DNA of 64,000 nt. Origin: Lingula anatina (taxonomy: Eukaryota > Animalia > Brachiopoda). Of this stretch, positions 63,546 to 64,000 are shown piece by piece. The notes beneath the pieces are model-generated. The model had not been told where the DNA came from and did not search any database. It was given only the letters and a program-made list of their open reading frames with translations. Made by a program: the position numbers and the translations under genes. The stretch lies in assembly GCA_051362555.1 (NCBI GenBank), contig CM120642.1, forward strand, positions 24,676,001 to 24,740,000, in the 5' to 3' direction. Numbering within the stretch: the first letter of the stretch is position 1; each line of letters begins with the position of its first letter.

Positions 63546-64000
63546 AAGCTGATACGTATTACACCCGCAGAAACCTGGTTGAGCACCATGCAACACGTTT
63601 GGAAACGTGCGCATACACTTCATACTACCTTGGTTACTCTTAACAACCCTCAAACATAAGTAGTCTGATAGATATCCCATTTGTCATCTACGCCACATTG
63701 ACCGATGTTAAGAATATCGATATATTCGAGCTCCATAGTATAGGCACTGTTTCCATATATAACAACCGGAGCGGCGCCATTGTTTTTATAATAGTAATAT
63801 TTGTAAAATGTTTAAGGTCATATACACCTAAAAACCGATGTAAAATGCATCGTTTTAGAGGTTACCACGAAGGTTGCCTTCAAATCGGTGTGAAAGTTTG
63901 TTTCTCGTAATAAGTAGGATTTGTAGCCAGTGCCCTATAAAAGAAATAGGCGTGCAAGTGTGTCTTTTACCATCAAGTTAATGCTCTTTTTTAAAATTAT

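Overview
AT-rich, intron-containing animal genomic DNA, probably from an invertebrate; no prokaryotic features are present. (1) The 5' part of PRPF4 (U4/U6 snRNP Prp4) lies on the - strand: 11 coding exons at 48-4674, running off the left edge, plus a probable non-coding first exon at ~10462-10550. (2) Head-to-head with it, across a compact bidirectional promoter, is a complete 12-exon DPP7-like S28 serine peptidase gene (+, 10691-53381, 505 aa by my splice model) with one GC-AG intron and a 35.5 kb second intron. (3) That intron contains an intact, same-strand, single-coding-exon orphan class A GPCR (41005-41922) whose activation motifs are degenerate. (4) The probable PRPF4 first intron holds a decayed, intron-containing Mutator-type (MULE) element encoding PHD-like + vertnin/OTU-like + DDE transposase regions, followed by a second FLYWCH-MULE fragment. 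(5) A partial, atypical FAIM-like gene lies near the right edge. (6) Many MITEs are present: Harbinger/Tourist-like with TTA or CTG TSDs, CAG..CTG elements with 5-bp TSDs, one TGT..ACA Ginger-like and one CCC..GGG element. All gene models were built by hand from splice sites, reading-frame phase and recalled family motifs. No database search was run.
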